From Bacteroidales bacterium (GTDB lineage Bacteria; Bacteroidota; Bacteroidia; Bacteroidales; UBA12077), in NCBI GenBank assembly GCA_046545795.1, contig JBKGZD010000002.1, positions 1 through 48,024 of the forward strand: a stretch of 48,024 bases of DNA, given 5' to 3'. Below are positions 1 through 8,451 of this stretch, piece after piece. Both the position numbers and the translations under genes were made by a program. Each line of letters starts with the position of its first letter. The stretch's first letter is position 1. The notes below the pieces were generated by a model. It was not told the origin of the DNA. It did not search any database and saw only the letters and a program-made list of their open reading frames with translations.

Positions 1-239
1 AAACTATCAGACCATTATCCAATAATGGCTGAAATTATGTACCAAAACTGATTTACCACACGAGAGGCGCATTCATAAGAAAGAAAAACTTTAACTGTTA
101 GGAGTTTAAAAAGCCTGCCGATAATTTGAAGCACCAGAATCACTCAAGATTATCCAAAAACGAGCTTACTAAATTAATGGAAATTTTAAAACTTACTTCT
201 ACTTCTGAATTTGCCTATCCAGCAAACCCTTAGAACCCT

Positions 240-1208
240 TTATATTTCATTCCCAGTAGTAAAAGGAAGTTCATTAAGATTAATGTTTCCACCAGAAAGG
301 ATTATGCCTACTTTTTTTGATTTAAAAACAAACCTGTTATCCATAATAGCAGCCAGGGCAACTGCAGCTGAGGGCTCCGCTACAAGTTTCATCCTTTCCC
401 AAATTAGCCTCATAGCTTTTACGATAGTATCTTCTTTTGTTGTAACAATATCATCAAGATATTCATTAATAATTTTAAACGTTAATAGGCTTAGGGATGT
501 TAGAAGTCCATCAGCTATTGTGTTGGGGCGGTCTACGGGTATCAGAAAGCCTTGTTTAAAGGATCTGTATGCATCATCTGCCATTTGAGGTTCGGCTCCG
601 TATACTCGAATCTCTTTTTTTATGTTTTTCGCAGCAATGGCCGTACCGCTGATTAATCCACCACCACCAACCGGGGCAATGATGACATCTAAATCAGGGT
701 AGTCTTCAAGTAGTTCTTTCGCTGCTGTACCCTGTCCGCATATTATTCTACTATCGCTTGATGGATGGATAAATATTGCGTTGGTTTTGCTGCTGATTTC
801 TTTGTATGTTTCTTCTCTTGAATCGAGAGAAGGCTCGCAGAAAGTTATATTGGCATTGTAAGATTTTGCAGCTTTAATTTTTGAAGGATTTGAAGTTTTG
901 GGCATTACCACGTGGGCTTTTATTCCTGCTGTTTTTGCTGCCAGTGCCAGGGCTGCGGCGTGATTACCGGAGGAATGAGTACCTACTCCATTACTTGCTT
1001 CTTGCTTGTCTATCTGTAATACCGCATTACTAGCGCCCCTGAATTTAAAAGAACCGGTTTTTTGAAGATTCTCACATTTAAAAAATAATTCTACATCAAC
1101 AATTTCATTAATGGTAGTACTGGTATGAACAGGAGTCCTGTTGATTTGTTTTCTTATTCGTTTGTGGGCATTGTTAATGTCTTCAAATGGGGGAATTTTA
1201 TTCTGCAT
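240..1208 (-). CDS. PLP-dependent threonine/serine dehydratase (fold-type II; threonine ammonia-lyase / serine racemase-like)
   Basis: 322-aa ORF. It has the PLP-lysine motif SFKFRGA near the N-terminus and the glycine loop GGGGLISG. Length is typical of catabolic threonine dehydratases. Confidence 0.8.
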   Translation of the reverse strand: MQNKIPPFEDINNAHKRIRKQINRTPVHTSTTINEIVDVELFFKCENLQKTGSFKFRGASNAVLQIDKQEASNGVGTHSSGNHAAALALAAKTAGIKAHVVMPKTSNPSKIKAAKSYNANITFCEPSLDSREETYKEISSKTNAIFIHPSSDSRIICGQGTAAKELLEDYPDLDVIIAPVGGGGLISGTAIAAKNIKKEIRVYGAEPQMADDAYRSFKQGFLIPVDRPNTIADGLLTSLSLLTFKIINEYLDDIVTTKEDTIVKAMRLIWERMKLVAEPSAAVALAAIMDNRFVFKSKKVGIILSGGNINLNELPFTTGNEI

Positions 1209-1986
1209 CTTGTTGTGTTTTTATTGAATCTTGATATTCTTTATATTTTTCTTTCACCCTTTCAAGAATAAAATATTTTCTTGTTGTTATCAAATACTCA
1301 TCGCTAAAATTACAAAATTCCATAAATTTTATTAATTCTTCATTTTCCAGTCCAGTTATTTCACCTACAATTTCCTTATTATACTTTGAACGTATTTTTT
1401 CGCTTATTGTTTTTTCTTCTTTTAGTTCCTTGTATTTTCTTAGTTCTTTACCTTCTCTGCTGAATATTGAATATATTAATGATACGGGACTTTCCAGACC
1501 GGGTTCGGGTGGTATTACAGTGTCCGGAGGGGGCTGCAGATCCCTCCATATTCGTGGATGTATTGCTTCTTTGGGGTTTTCTATTTCCAGGTCAAGGAAC
1601 TTTTCTTTGAAATCCTGGTAAGTCCCCCACGGTGTAACTTCAACTTGCTCAATCATATATGTTTTTTCCTCCATGGGAATACTTCTTACTATAAAGGGTT
1701 TGTAATCTCCTTCATAGGAAAAATTTTTATTTTCATAGCCTATTGCAGTTATGAGCAGTGTGTCTCCAGGAGCTCCCTTTATTTTAAAATTGCCTGAAGT
1801 ATCTGATATTGTGCCATAATAGTTTTCGGTATTAATGACATGGGCATATTCAACAGGTTTGAATGTTTTCTTATCATATAAATTGCCTATTATGGTTATT
1901 ACAGAATCTTCTTTCTGGGCATTTAACTGGCCAATGCTCAATAGAATGAGTATAAAAAAAGTTGTTATCTTAATTTTCACTTTCAA
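1198..1986 (-). CDS. Secreted protein with N-terminal carboxypeptidase-regulatory-like (CarbopepD_reg) domain, function unknown
   Basis: 262-aa ORF with a signal-peptide-like N-terminus (MKVKIKITTFFILILLSIGQLNAQ). This is followed by a GNLYD...TISDTSGNFKIKGAPGDTLLITAIGYE pattern typical of the CarboxypepD_reg fold. The ORF overlaps the downstream gene by 11 nt. Confidence 0.5.
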   Translation of the reverse strand: MKVKIKITTFFILILLSIGQLNAQKEDSVITIIGNLYDKKTFKPVEYAHVINTENYYGTISDTSGNFKIKGAPGDTLLITAIGYENKNFSYEGDYKPFIVRSIPMEEKTYMIEQVEVTPWGTYQDFKEKFLDLEIENPKEAIHPRIWRDLQPPPDTVIPPEPGLESPVSLIYSIFSREGKELRKYKELKEEKTISEKIRSKYNKEIVGEITGLENEELIKFMEFCNFSDEYLITTRKYFILERVKEKYKEYQDSIKTQQDAE

Positions 1987-2200
1987 AATTATTGCTTGAT
2001 GTAAATTTATAACAGTATTATTTGTTCTGCTAACCGTTTTTTATTTCTTAACACAATTTAACGATAGTGAGTTTCCTGGATTATATTACTATCGTTTATC
2101 ATTATTTATTAATGAATATTTTGTCTGGTATTATGATTAATACAGGTTTAAGAATGAATTTCACAAACTTTTTTTTGTTTATTTTTGTTCTGTAATCAGC

Positions 2201-3037
2201 ATGAAAAAATATAAAAATACAACTATGAGTTTAAAAGATGAAATTATAAAGGTATGGAATAATCGTGAATTGTTGAAGGAAGCAAAATATAAGGAAATGA
2301 TACGGGACGTAGTTGAAGATTTGGATAAAGGGCGGTTAAGAGTTGCTCAACCCGTTGATGGAGACTGGGAAATAAATGATTGGGTTAAAATGGCAGTTAT
2401 CTTGTACTTTCCAATCCAGGAGATGAAAAAGACAGAGGTGCCCCCTTTTGAATTTTATGATAAGATTGACTTAAAAAAAGATTATGATAAGATAGGGGCA
2501 AGGGTTGTTCCTCACGCTATTGCACGTTATGGTTCTTTCCTGGCAAAAAATGTAATTATGATGCCTTCTTATGTGAATATAGGAGCATATGTTGACAGTG
2601 GGAGTATGATTGATACATGGGCAACTGTGGGGTCATGTGCTCAGATTGGAAAGAATGTCCATATTAGTGGAGGTGTTGGCATTGGAGGAGTATTGGAACC
2701 GGTGCAAGCCGCACCTGTTATTATTGAAGACAATTGTTTTATAGGCTCACGCTCCATCATTGTAGAGGGGGTAAGGGTTAAAAAGGAGGCTGTCATTGGG
2801 GCTAATGTAACTATAACCAAATCCACCCATATTATAGATGTATCTAAGGAAGAACCGGTGACTTTGTATGGAGAGATTCCTGAAAGAGCTGTTGTAATCC
2901 CGGGAAGTTATACCAAAAAATTCCCTGCAGGAGAATACCAGGTACAATGCGCCCTGATAATTGGAAGGAGAAGTGAGTCGACTGATGTAAAAACCTCTTT
3001 GAATGATGCTCTAAGGGAGTTTAATGTTCCTGTTTGA
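2201..3037 (+). CDS. dapD: 2,3,4,5-tetrahydropyridine-2,6-dicarboxylate N-succinyltransferase
   Basis: 278-aa ORF. It has a left-handed beta-helix hexapeptide repeat region (IGKNVHISGGVGIGGVLEP...IEDNCFIGSRSIIVEGVRV) and the N-terminal helical domain typical of DapD. The true start may be the second Met at 2225 (MSLKDEII...). Confidence 0.85.
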   Translation: MKKYKNTTMSLKDEIIKVWNNRELLKEAKYKEMIRDVVEDLDKGRLRVAQPVDGDWEINDWVKMAVILYFPIQEMKKTEVPPFEFYDKIDLKKDYDKIGARVVPHAIARYGSFLAKNVIMMPSYVNIGAYVDSGSMIDTWATVGSCAQIGKNVHISGGVGIGGVLEPVQAAPVIIEDNCFIGSRSIIVEGVRVKKEAVIGANVTITKSTHIIDVSKEEPVTLYGEIPERAVVIPGSYTKKFPAGEYQVQCALIIGRRSESTDVKTSLNDALREFNVPV

Positions 3038-3100
3038 TTCATGAAGTAGTGTGTCATAACAAATGTAACATATCTTAGTTGAATGTAATTAAAATGAATA

Positions 3101-4225
3101 ATGAATATAGGATTTGATGCCAAGCGTGCATTTTTTAACAAAAGTGGACTTGGAAACTACAGCAGAAGTATTCTTCAGTTATTGAGCAATTATTACCCAG
3201 AAAATAATTATTTTTTATATACACCAAAAGCTCCTACTCATGCTGATTTTATAAATAACTCCAATCTGCACGTTAAGACTCCCCGAAAAAGAATTCATCG
3301 GGTTTTGAACGCATATTGGCGAAGTTACAAGCTTCCTGGAGAGTTTAAGTATGATGGTATTGATTTATTTCATGGCTTAAGCAATGAGCTACCCGTTGAT
3401 ATTTCAAAAAGTAGCGTAAAATCAATTGTAACCATACATGATCTTATTTTTATGCGTTACCCTTCCTTGTATAACCGCATTGACAAATGGATATATGAGA
3501 AAAAGTTTAAAACCAGCAGTAGAAAAGCGGATACTGTGATAGCAGTGAGCAAGCAAACGAAGGAAGATCTTGTTCATTTTTTTAATATTGATGAAAAAAA
3601 GATAGAAGTTGTTTACCAGGGGTGTGATTCCATTTTTTATGAATCAAAACCTGAGGAGGAAAAGGAACATATCAGGCAAAAACATGGCTTGCCAAAAACT
3701 TTTCTTCTATATGTTGGTACAATTGAAGAGCGAAAAAATGCATTGAGTATTGTTAAAGCCTTGCACAAAGGAGGGATTGATATCCCTCTTGTGATTATTG
3801 GAAAATCCACACCCTATAAAAAAACGATTCAGCAATATATTGCCGAAAATAAAGTTAAAAACGCTATTCAGTTTTATTCTGAAATACCATTTGAAGAACT
3901 TCCGGCTATTTATCAACTGGCAAAAGCTTTTGTATATCCTTCTGTGTTTGAGGGGTTTGGAATTCCAATTCTTGAGGCATTAAATTCACAGACTCCGGTA
4001 ATAACTACCCGTGGGGGTTGTTTTCATGAAACAGGCGGTTCTCATTCATTATATGTTGACCCTTTAAATACAGAAGAAATTGCAGATGCTATAAGGAGTG
4101 TTCTTTATAATGAAGATTTGCGTAAAAGAATGATAGAGAAAGGCTATGAACATGCTATGAAATTCCGGGATGAACATGTTGCAAAATTTATGATAGATGT
4201 TTATTTAAGAACAATAGAGAAATAA
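3101..4225 (+). CDS. GT-B fold glycosyltransferase (GT4 / Glycos_transf_1 family)
   Basis: 374-aa ORF. The C-terminal half carries the E-x7-E type motif (PSVFEGFGIPILEAL) typical of retaining GT4 enzymes. Confidence 0.8.
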   Translation: MNIGFDAKRAFFNKSGLGNYSRSILQLLSNYYPENNYFLYTPKAPTHADFINNSNLHVKTPRKRIHRVLNAYWRSYKLPGEFKYDGIDLFHGLSNELPVDISKSSVKSIVTIHDLIFMRYPSLYNRIDKWIYEKKFKTSSRKADTVIAVSKQTKEDLVHFFNIDEKKIEVVYQGCDSIFYESKPEEEKEHIRQKHGLPKTFLLYVGTIEERKNALSIVKALHKGGIDIPLVIIGKSTPYKKTIQQYIAENKVKNAIQFYSEIPFEELPAIYQLAKAFVYPSVFEGFGIPILEALNSQTPVITTRGGCFHETGGSHSLYVDPLNTEEIADAIRSVLYNEDLRKRMIEKGYEHAMKFRDEHVAKFMIDVYLRTIEK

Positions 4226-4232
4226 TATAGCG

Positions 4233-4275
4233 CCAAACAAAATATCCCGTTGAAAAGACGGGATATTTTGTTTGG
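4233..4275. terminator. Bidirectional intrinsic terminator hairpin between convergent genes
   Basis: Perfect 18-bp inverted repeat: ccaaacaaaatatcccgt (4233-4250), 7-nt loop, acgggatattttgtttgg (4258-4275). It is followed by a T-run (ctttttattt) on the + strand. It lies between the glycosyltransferase stop (4225) and the TonB stop (4291). Confidence 0.8.
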
Positions 4276-4290
4276 CTTTTTATTTAACTT

Positions 4291-4980
4291 TTATTGTAAT
4301 TTAAACACAATTGGTATGGTAAACTGTACTCTTACTGCTTTACCTCTTTGTTTTCCAGGTTCCCATTCGGGGGCATCACGTATTGCTCTGACAGCTTCTT
4401 CGTCCAATGCAGGGTCAACTCCTCTCATTACTTCCGCATTAGATATGGAGCCATCTTCATCTACTACAAATTTAACGAAAACTGTTCCTTCGATACCGTT
4501 TTCAGCAGCAACACTTGGATACTTGAGATTTTTCTGAATATAGTCTCTAAATGCGTTTATTCCACCGCCGCGAAATTCAGGCATGTCCTCAACTTTCATG
4601 AAAATTTCCCCCTCTTCTTCTTCTTCTTCTTCTTCTTCATCTCCAAATGAGTCATAACTGGTTTCAGTGTCATCGTCGGCTTCTGTTTCTTCAATATTCA
4701 GTTCGTCCTCAACTTCCACATCATCGTCTACGATGTTAATCTCTTCTACACTCTCTGGCGGAGGTGGAGGTGGTTCTTTTTTCTGCTCCTGTCTGGTAAC
4801 CGGAACTTGTTCCTGTTCAACCTCATCATCATCCTGGCTTGTGAATCCCTCACTTTCTTCAGGCTGTGTGGCCCATTCGAATGCTAAAAGCACTAATCCA
4901 ATTGCTATAATATAACCTATTTCAAGGAAAAGGCTTTTTTTCTTTTCTAAATCGGCTTTTGGTGACTTTTTAACTTCCAT
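4291..4980 (-). CDS. tonB: TonB-family energy transducer
   Basis: 229-aa ORF. It has an N-terminal TM anchor (LFLEIGYIIAIGLVLLAF), a Pro-rich segment (KKEPPPPPPE) and a long acidic linker. The C-terminal TonB domain pattern is present (MPEFRGGGINAFRDYIQKNLKYP...GIEGTVFVKFVVDEDGSISN...V). Confidence 0.85.
   Translation of the reverse strand: MEVKKSPKADLEKKKSLFLEIGYIIAIGLVLLAFEWATQPEESEGFTSQDDDEVEQEQVPVTRQEQKKEPPPPPPESVEEINIVDDDVEVEDELNIEETEADDDTETSYDSFGDEEEEEEEEEGEIFMKVEDMPEFRGGGINAFRDYIQKNLKYPSVAAENGIEGTVFVKFVVDEDGSISNAEVMRGVDPALDEEAVRAIRDAPEWEPGKQRGKAVRVQFTIPIVFKLQ
4612..4638. repeat. Perfect trinucleotide tract (CTC)(TTC)8 inside tonB, encoding a run of nine Glu
   Basis: Read directly as ctcttcttcttcttcttcttcttcttc. 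On the minus strand this is GAA x8 plus GAG, matching the EEEEEEEEE stretch in the TonB linker. Confidence 0.9.
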
Positions 4981-5131
4981 ATTTATATCTATTTTTGCTG
5001 GCTAAAATTAAATAATTCTTCTGTTATTATCAAAATATCTTGAAAATTTAATCAAGTAATTTTTTGTTTTACTAATTAACCCTTTGTTTACAACTCTTTT
5101 ATATATTAACGAGAACGTTTTTCTTTATATT

Positions 5132-6352
5132 TTAGAATGCTGCCATTAAAAGATCGATGTCTCTTGAAGGGATGTCGAAATGTTTTCCAATTTGGTTGCT
5201 TGTTAATATACCATTGTAAATGTATACTCCATTTCTCAGTCCCCTGTTTTCTTTCAGATAATTCAGAATTCCACCATATTCACCCATTTTAACGAGTATA
5301 GGGCTGAAAACGTTACTTAATGCAATCGATGAAGTTCTTCCTACTCTTGATGCAATATTCGGAACACAATAGTGTATTACACCATGTTTTATATAAGCTG
5401 GGTTATCGATTGTCCTGCATTCTGAAGTTTCGAGGCATCCTCCCTGGTCTATGCTTAAATCTACTATTACAGAGCCTTCTTTCATTTGTTTTATCATATC
5501 TTCGCTGATCAATATTCTTGGCTGGTCTTCTTTTTGATACATCGCCCCAATCACTGCATCGGCAGATTTCAGATCTTTCATAAATACGCTGGGATGGAAT
5601 ACAGAAGTATATAATCTTGTAGATATTCTTTTTTGAAGTCTCCTTAGTTTAATCAGGGAATTATCAAAAATCTTTAGTGAAGCTCCCAGTCCGAGTGCTG
5701 CTTTTGCGGCATATTCAGCTGCTGTCCCCGCTCCGAGCACTATTATTTCAGTTGGGGTTATGCCTGTTACTCCTCCCAACATAACTCCTTTTCCATTACG
5801 TGATTTACTTAAATATTCAGAGGCTACAAGAATTGAGGTAGTGCCGGCAATTTCACTCATTGCCCTTCTTACCGGGAAACTATTATCTTCATCTTTTAGG
5901 TATTCAAAAGCAATTGCAATAATTTTTTTCTGCATCATTTTTCTGATGCATTGCTTGTTTTGCTGAGGTAGGTTCAGGCTGGTAATAACGACCTGGTCTC
6001 CTTTTAATGTGTCTATGTCTTCTTCATTTAAAGGGGAGATTCGCAGAATGATATCACATTGATATACCTGTTCTTTATTATCAACAATAAATCCTCCCTT
6101 CTCGCTATAATCGGTGTCTTTATATTTTGCTTCCTTTCCGGCTTCACTTTCAATAATTATCTCGTGCCCTTGATTGACAAGCAGTTCAACCGCCTCTGGT
6201 GTTAGTGGCACCCTGCTTTCTGTGTTTTGCTTGTCTTTAGGCATGCCAATTAATAATTTTGAACTTTTCCTGCTTATTTCAAGCATTTCTTCTTTAGGAA
6301 ATAATCCTGTATTACTGAATGGAATATTACTGGAAACCCCTTTTTTGCTCAT
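5132..6352 (-). CDS. Alanine dehydrogenase / PNT-family NAD(H)-binding dehydrogenase
   Basis: 406-aa ORF. The N-terminal domain pattern is IGMPKDKQNTESRVPLTPEAVELLVNQGHEIIIESEAGKEA. The Rossmann motif is VLGAGTAAEYAAKAALGLGASLKIFD. It carries about 30 extra N-terminal residues relative to classical Ald. Confidence 0.6.
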   Translation of the reverse strand: MSKKGVSSNIPFSNTGLFPKEEMLEISRKSSKLLIGMPKDKQNTESRVPLTPEAVELLVNQGHEIIIESEAGKEAKYKDTDYSEKGGFIVDNKEQVYQCDIILRISPLNEEDIDTLKGDQVVITSLNLPQQNKQCIRKMMQKKIIAIAFEYLKDEDNSFPVRRAMSEIAGTTSILVASEYLSKSRNGKGVMLGGVTGITPTEIIVLGAGTAAEYAAKAALGLGASLKIFDNSLIKLRRLQKRISTRLYTSVFHPSVFMKDLKSADAVIGAMYQKEDQPRILISEDMIKQMKEGSVIVDLSIDQGGCLETSECRTIDNPAYIKHGVIHYCVPNIASRVGRTSSIALSNVFSPILVKMGEYGGILNYLKENRGLRNGVYIYNGILTSNQIGKHFDIPSRDIDLLMAAF

Positions 6353-6388
6353 ATTTTAATTTTTATGATATTGCTTTACATTTTCATT

Positions 6389-6805
6389 TCATTCGAATTG
6401 CAAAGTACGCTTACCTTCCTGTTTCTCTTCTATTTTTACATAAACAAAATTTTCCGGGAGGATATTTTTTATTTTTTCCGGCCATTCAATAAAACAATAA
6501 TTTCTTGATAGAAAATAGTCTTCTATCCCAAGATCATGCGCTTCGTTGATGTTTTCGATTCTGTAAAAGTCCATATGAAATATTTTTTCTCCCGATTCTG
6601 TTAAATACTCATTTATTAAAGAGAATGTTGGACTGCTTACTATATCGATAACGTCAAGTTCGTTGCACAGGGCTTTAATAAATGTAGTTTTCCCTATTCC
6701 CAAATCTCCAAAGAAGGCAAACTTTTTTCTGCCTTTTGTCTGAGCTAAGAATTTCTTGGCAGTTTGAGAGAGCTCTTCCAACGTATTTAACTCTAATCTT
6801 TCCAT
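6389..6805 (-). CDS. tsaE: tRNA threonylcarbamoyladenosine (t6A) biosynthesis ATPase TsaE
   Basis: 138-aa ORF with the P-loop GDLGIGKTT, followed by SPTFSLINEY and HMDFYR motifs characteristic of TsaE/YjeE. Confidence 0.85.
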   Translation of the reverse strand: MERLELNTLEELSQTAKKFLAQTKGRKKFAFFGDLGIGKTTFIKALCNELDVIDIVSSPTFSLINEYLTESGEKIFHMDFYRIENINEAHDLGIEDYFLSRNYCFIEWPEKIKNILPENFVYVKIEEKQEGKRTLQFE

Positions 6806-6823
6806 CTCTTTATTGTAAGCAAA

Positions 6824-8383
6824 TTACACTTTTGGTTTTAAAATTACAAATGGGATCATCATTTCTTCCATAGATATGCCTCCATGCTGAAATGTGTTTT
6901 TATAATAATTCACAAAATAGTTATAATTGTTAGGATAGACAAGATAATCCTGATTTGTAGCAAAAATATATGTGGAACTAACATGACTTTTGGGAAGATG
7001 GATTTTGTGTGGGTCTTCTATATCAAATACTTGCTCTTTTTTATACGAAAGATTTTTTCCGGTTTTATATCGAAGGTTAACACTTGTATTGCGATCTCCA
7101 ATTACTTTCACCGGGTTTTGTACTTGTATACTCCCATGGTCTGTAGTAATAATTATTTTTACATCCTTGTCGGCTAAACTTTTTAACAGGGATAGCAGCG
7201 GAGAGTGTTTAAACCAGGAAAGAGTTAAACTTCTGAATGCTGATTCATTATTAGCCAGTTCTTTTATTACTTCCATTTCTGTTTTTGAATGCGACAGCAT
7301 GTCAATATAATTAAAAATCAATACAGATAAGTTGTAATTGAACAGGTCAGTTATATTTTGGAGGATTTTTTTGCCTGTTTTGGCATGATTAATTTTTTCA
7401 TAAAAAAATTTTAAATTTAATCCAGAGCGCTCAATGTGTCTTTTTAGTAATTCTTTTTCCTGCAGGTTCTTACCTCCCATTTCTTCATCATTTAGCCAAA
7501 GGTCAGAATATATTTTAGAAATTTCCAGGGGCATTAATCCTGCAAACATGGCATTTCTGGAATACTGGGTTGCGGTGGGTAATATGCTCGAATAAATTTC
7601 CTCTTTTTCTATGGAGAAATATTCTGTAATGTATGGCATTATAGATTTCCAGTGGTCATATCGAAAATTATCTATTAATAGCAGAATAACCTTCTGATCA
7701 TTCTTAACTAAAGGGAAGACTTTTTCTTTGAGAAGGGTATGGGAAAACACGGGTTTGTCTTCTGTATCCTCCTTGAACCAGCTCACATAATTTTTTGTGA
7801 TGTATTTTGTAAATTGATTATTGGCCTCATTTTTTTGCATTTTCAATACTTCATGCATACCACTATCTTCGTTATCCGCTAATTCAAGCTCCCAATAGAC
7901 GATTCTCCTGTATATCTCAACCCAGTCATCCCATGATACAGATTGGTTGATAAGGGTGCTTAATTCTTGAAATTGAGATTGATACGAAGATATTGATTTT
8001 TCGGAAGTTAGTTTATTAAATTCTGTATGTTTCTTTATTGTTGAAAGAATTTGCTTTGGGTTTACCGGTTTAATAAGATAATCATCAATTTTTGAACCAA
8101 TTGCTTCATCCATTATATCTTCTTCTTCACTTTTCGTAATCATTACAACAGGGATATTGGGCAGTACGTTTTTGATCTTTCCTAGAGCCTCAATCCCACT
8201 AGTCCCAGGCATATGTTCGTCAAGTAGGATAAGGTCAAATGCATTGTTATTTATCATTTCGATTGCATCATCTGCATTTGTGGTTGTCGATACAAGGTAT
8301 CCCTTTGCTTCCAGGAACAAAATGTGAGGTTTCAGAATATCAATTTCATCATCGACCCATAATATTTTGATTGTTTTCATCAT
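6824..8383 (-). CDS. porX: PorX-type response regulator (CheY receiver plus PglZ / alkaline-phosphatase-superfamily domain), T9SS regulator
   Basis: 519-aa ORF. The receiver domain is ILWVDDE...DLILLDEHMPGTSG...ITK, with the phospho-acceptor Asp in LLDEHMPG. The long C-terminal PglZ-like region includes ITTDHGS. Length matches the roughly 518-aa PorX family. Confidence 0.8.
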   Translation of the reverse strand: MMKTIKILWVDDEIDILKPHILFLEAKGYLVSTTTNADDAIEMINNNAFDLILLDEHMPGTSGIEALGKIKNVLPNIPVVMITKSEEEDIMDEAIGSKIDDYLIKPVNPKQILSTIKKHTEFNKLTSEKSISSYQSQFQELSTLINQSVSWDDWVEIYRRIVYWELELADNEDSGMHEVLKMQKNEANNQFTKYITKNYVSWFKEDTEDKPVFSHTLLKEKVFPLVKNDQKVILLLIDNFRYDHWKSIMPYITEYFSIEKEEIYSSILPTATQYSRNAMFAGLMPLEISKIYSDLWLNDEEMGGKNLQEKELLKRHIERSGLNLKFFYEKINHAKTGKKILQNITDLFNYNLSVLIFNYIDMLSHSKTEMEVIKELANNESAFRSLTLSWFKHSPLLSLLKSLADKDVKIIITTDHGSIQVQNPVKVIGDRNTSVNLRYKTGKNLSYKKEQVFDIEDPHKIHLPKSHVSSTYIFATNQDYLVYPNNYNYFVNYYKNTFQHGGISMEEMMIPFVILKPKV

Positions 8384-8451
8384 GATATTATTCTAAAATT
8401 TAATTGTGCAGTTTAGTTTTTTTAACTGCTGTTTTTATGATTGGAGGACAA

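Noticed and set aside
211-588. 125-aa + strand ORF at the window start.
   Set aside because: It is antisense to the PLP-dependent dehydratase, which has clear family motifs, and it has none.
4250-4915. Three + strand ORFs (95, 100 and 82 aa), including poly-Phe and poly-Ser stretches.
   Set aside because: They are antisense to tonB. The homopolymeric runs are the complement of the Glu- and Asp-rich linker codons. The first also starts inside the terminator hairpin.
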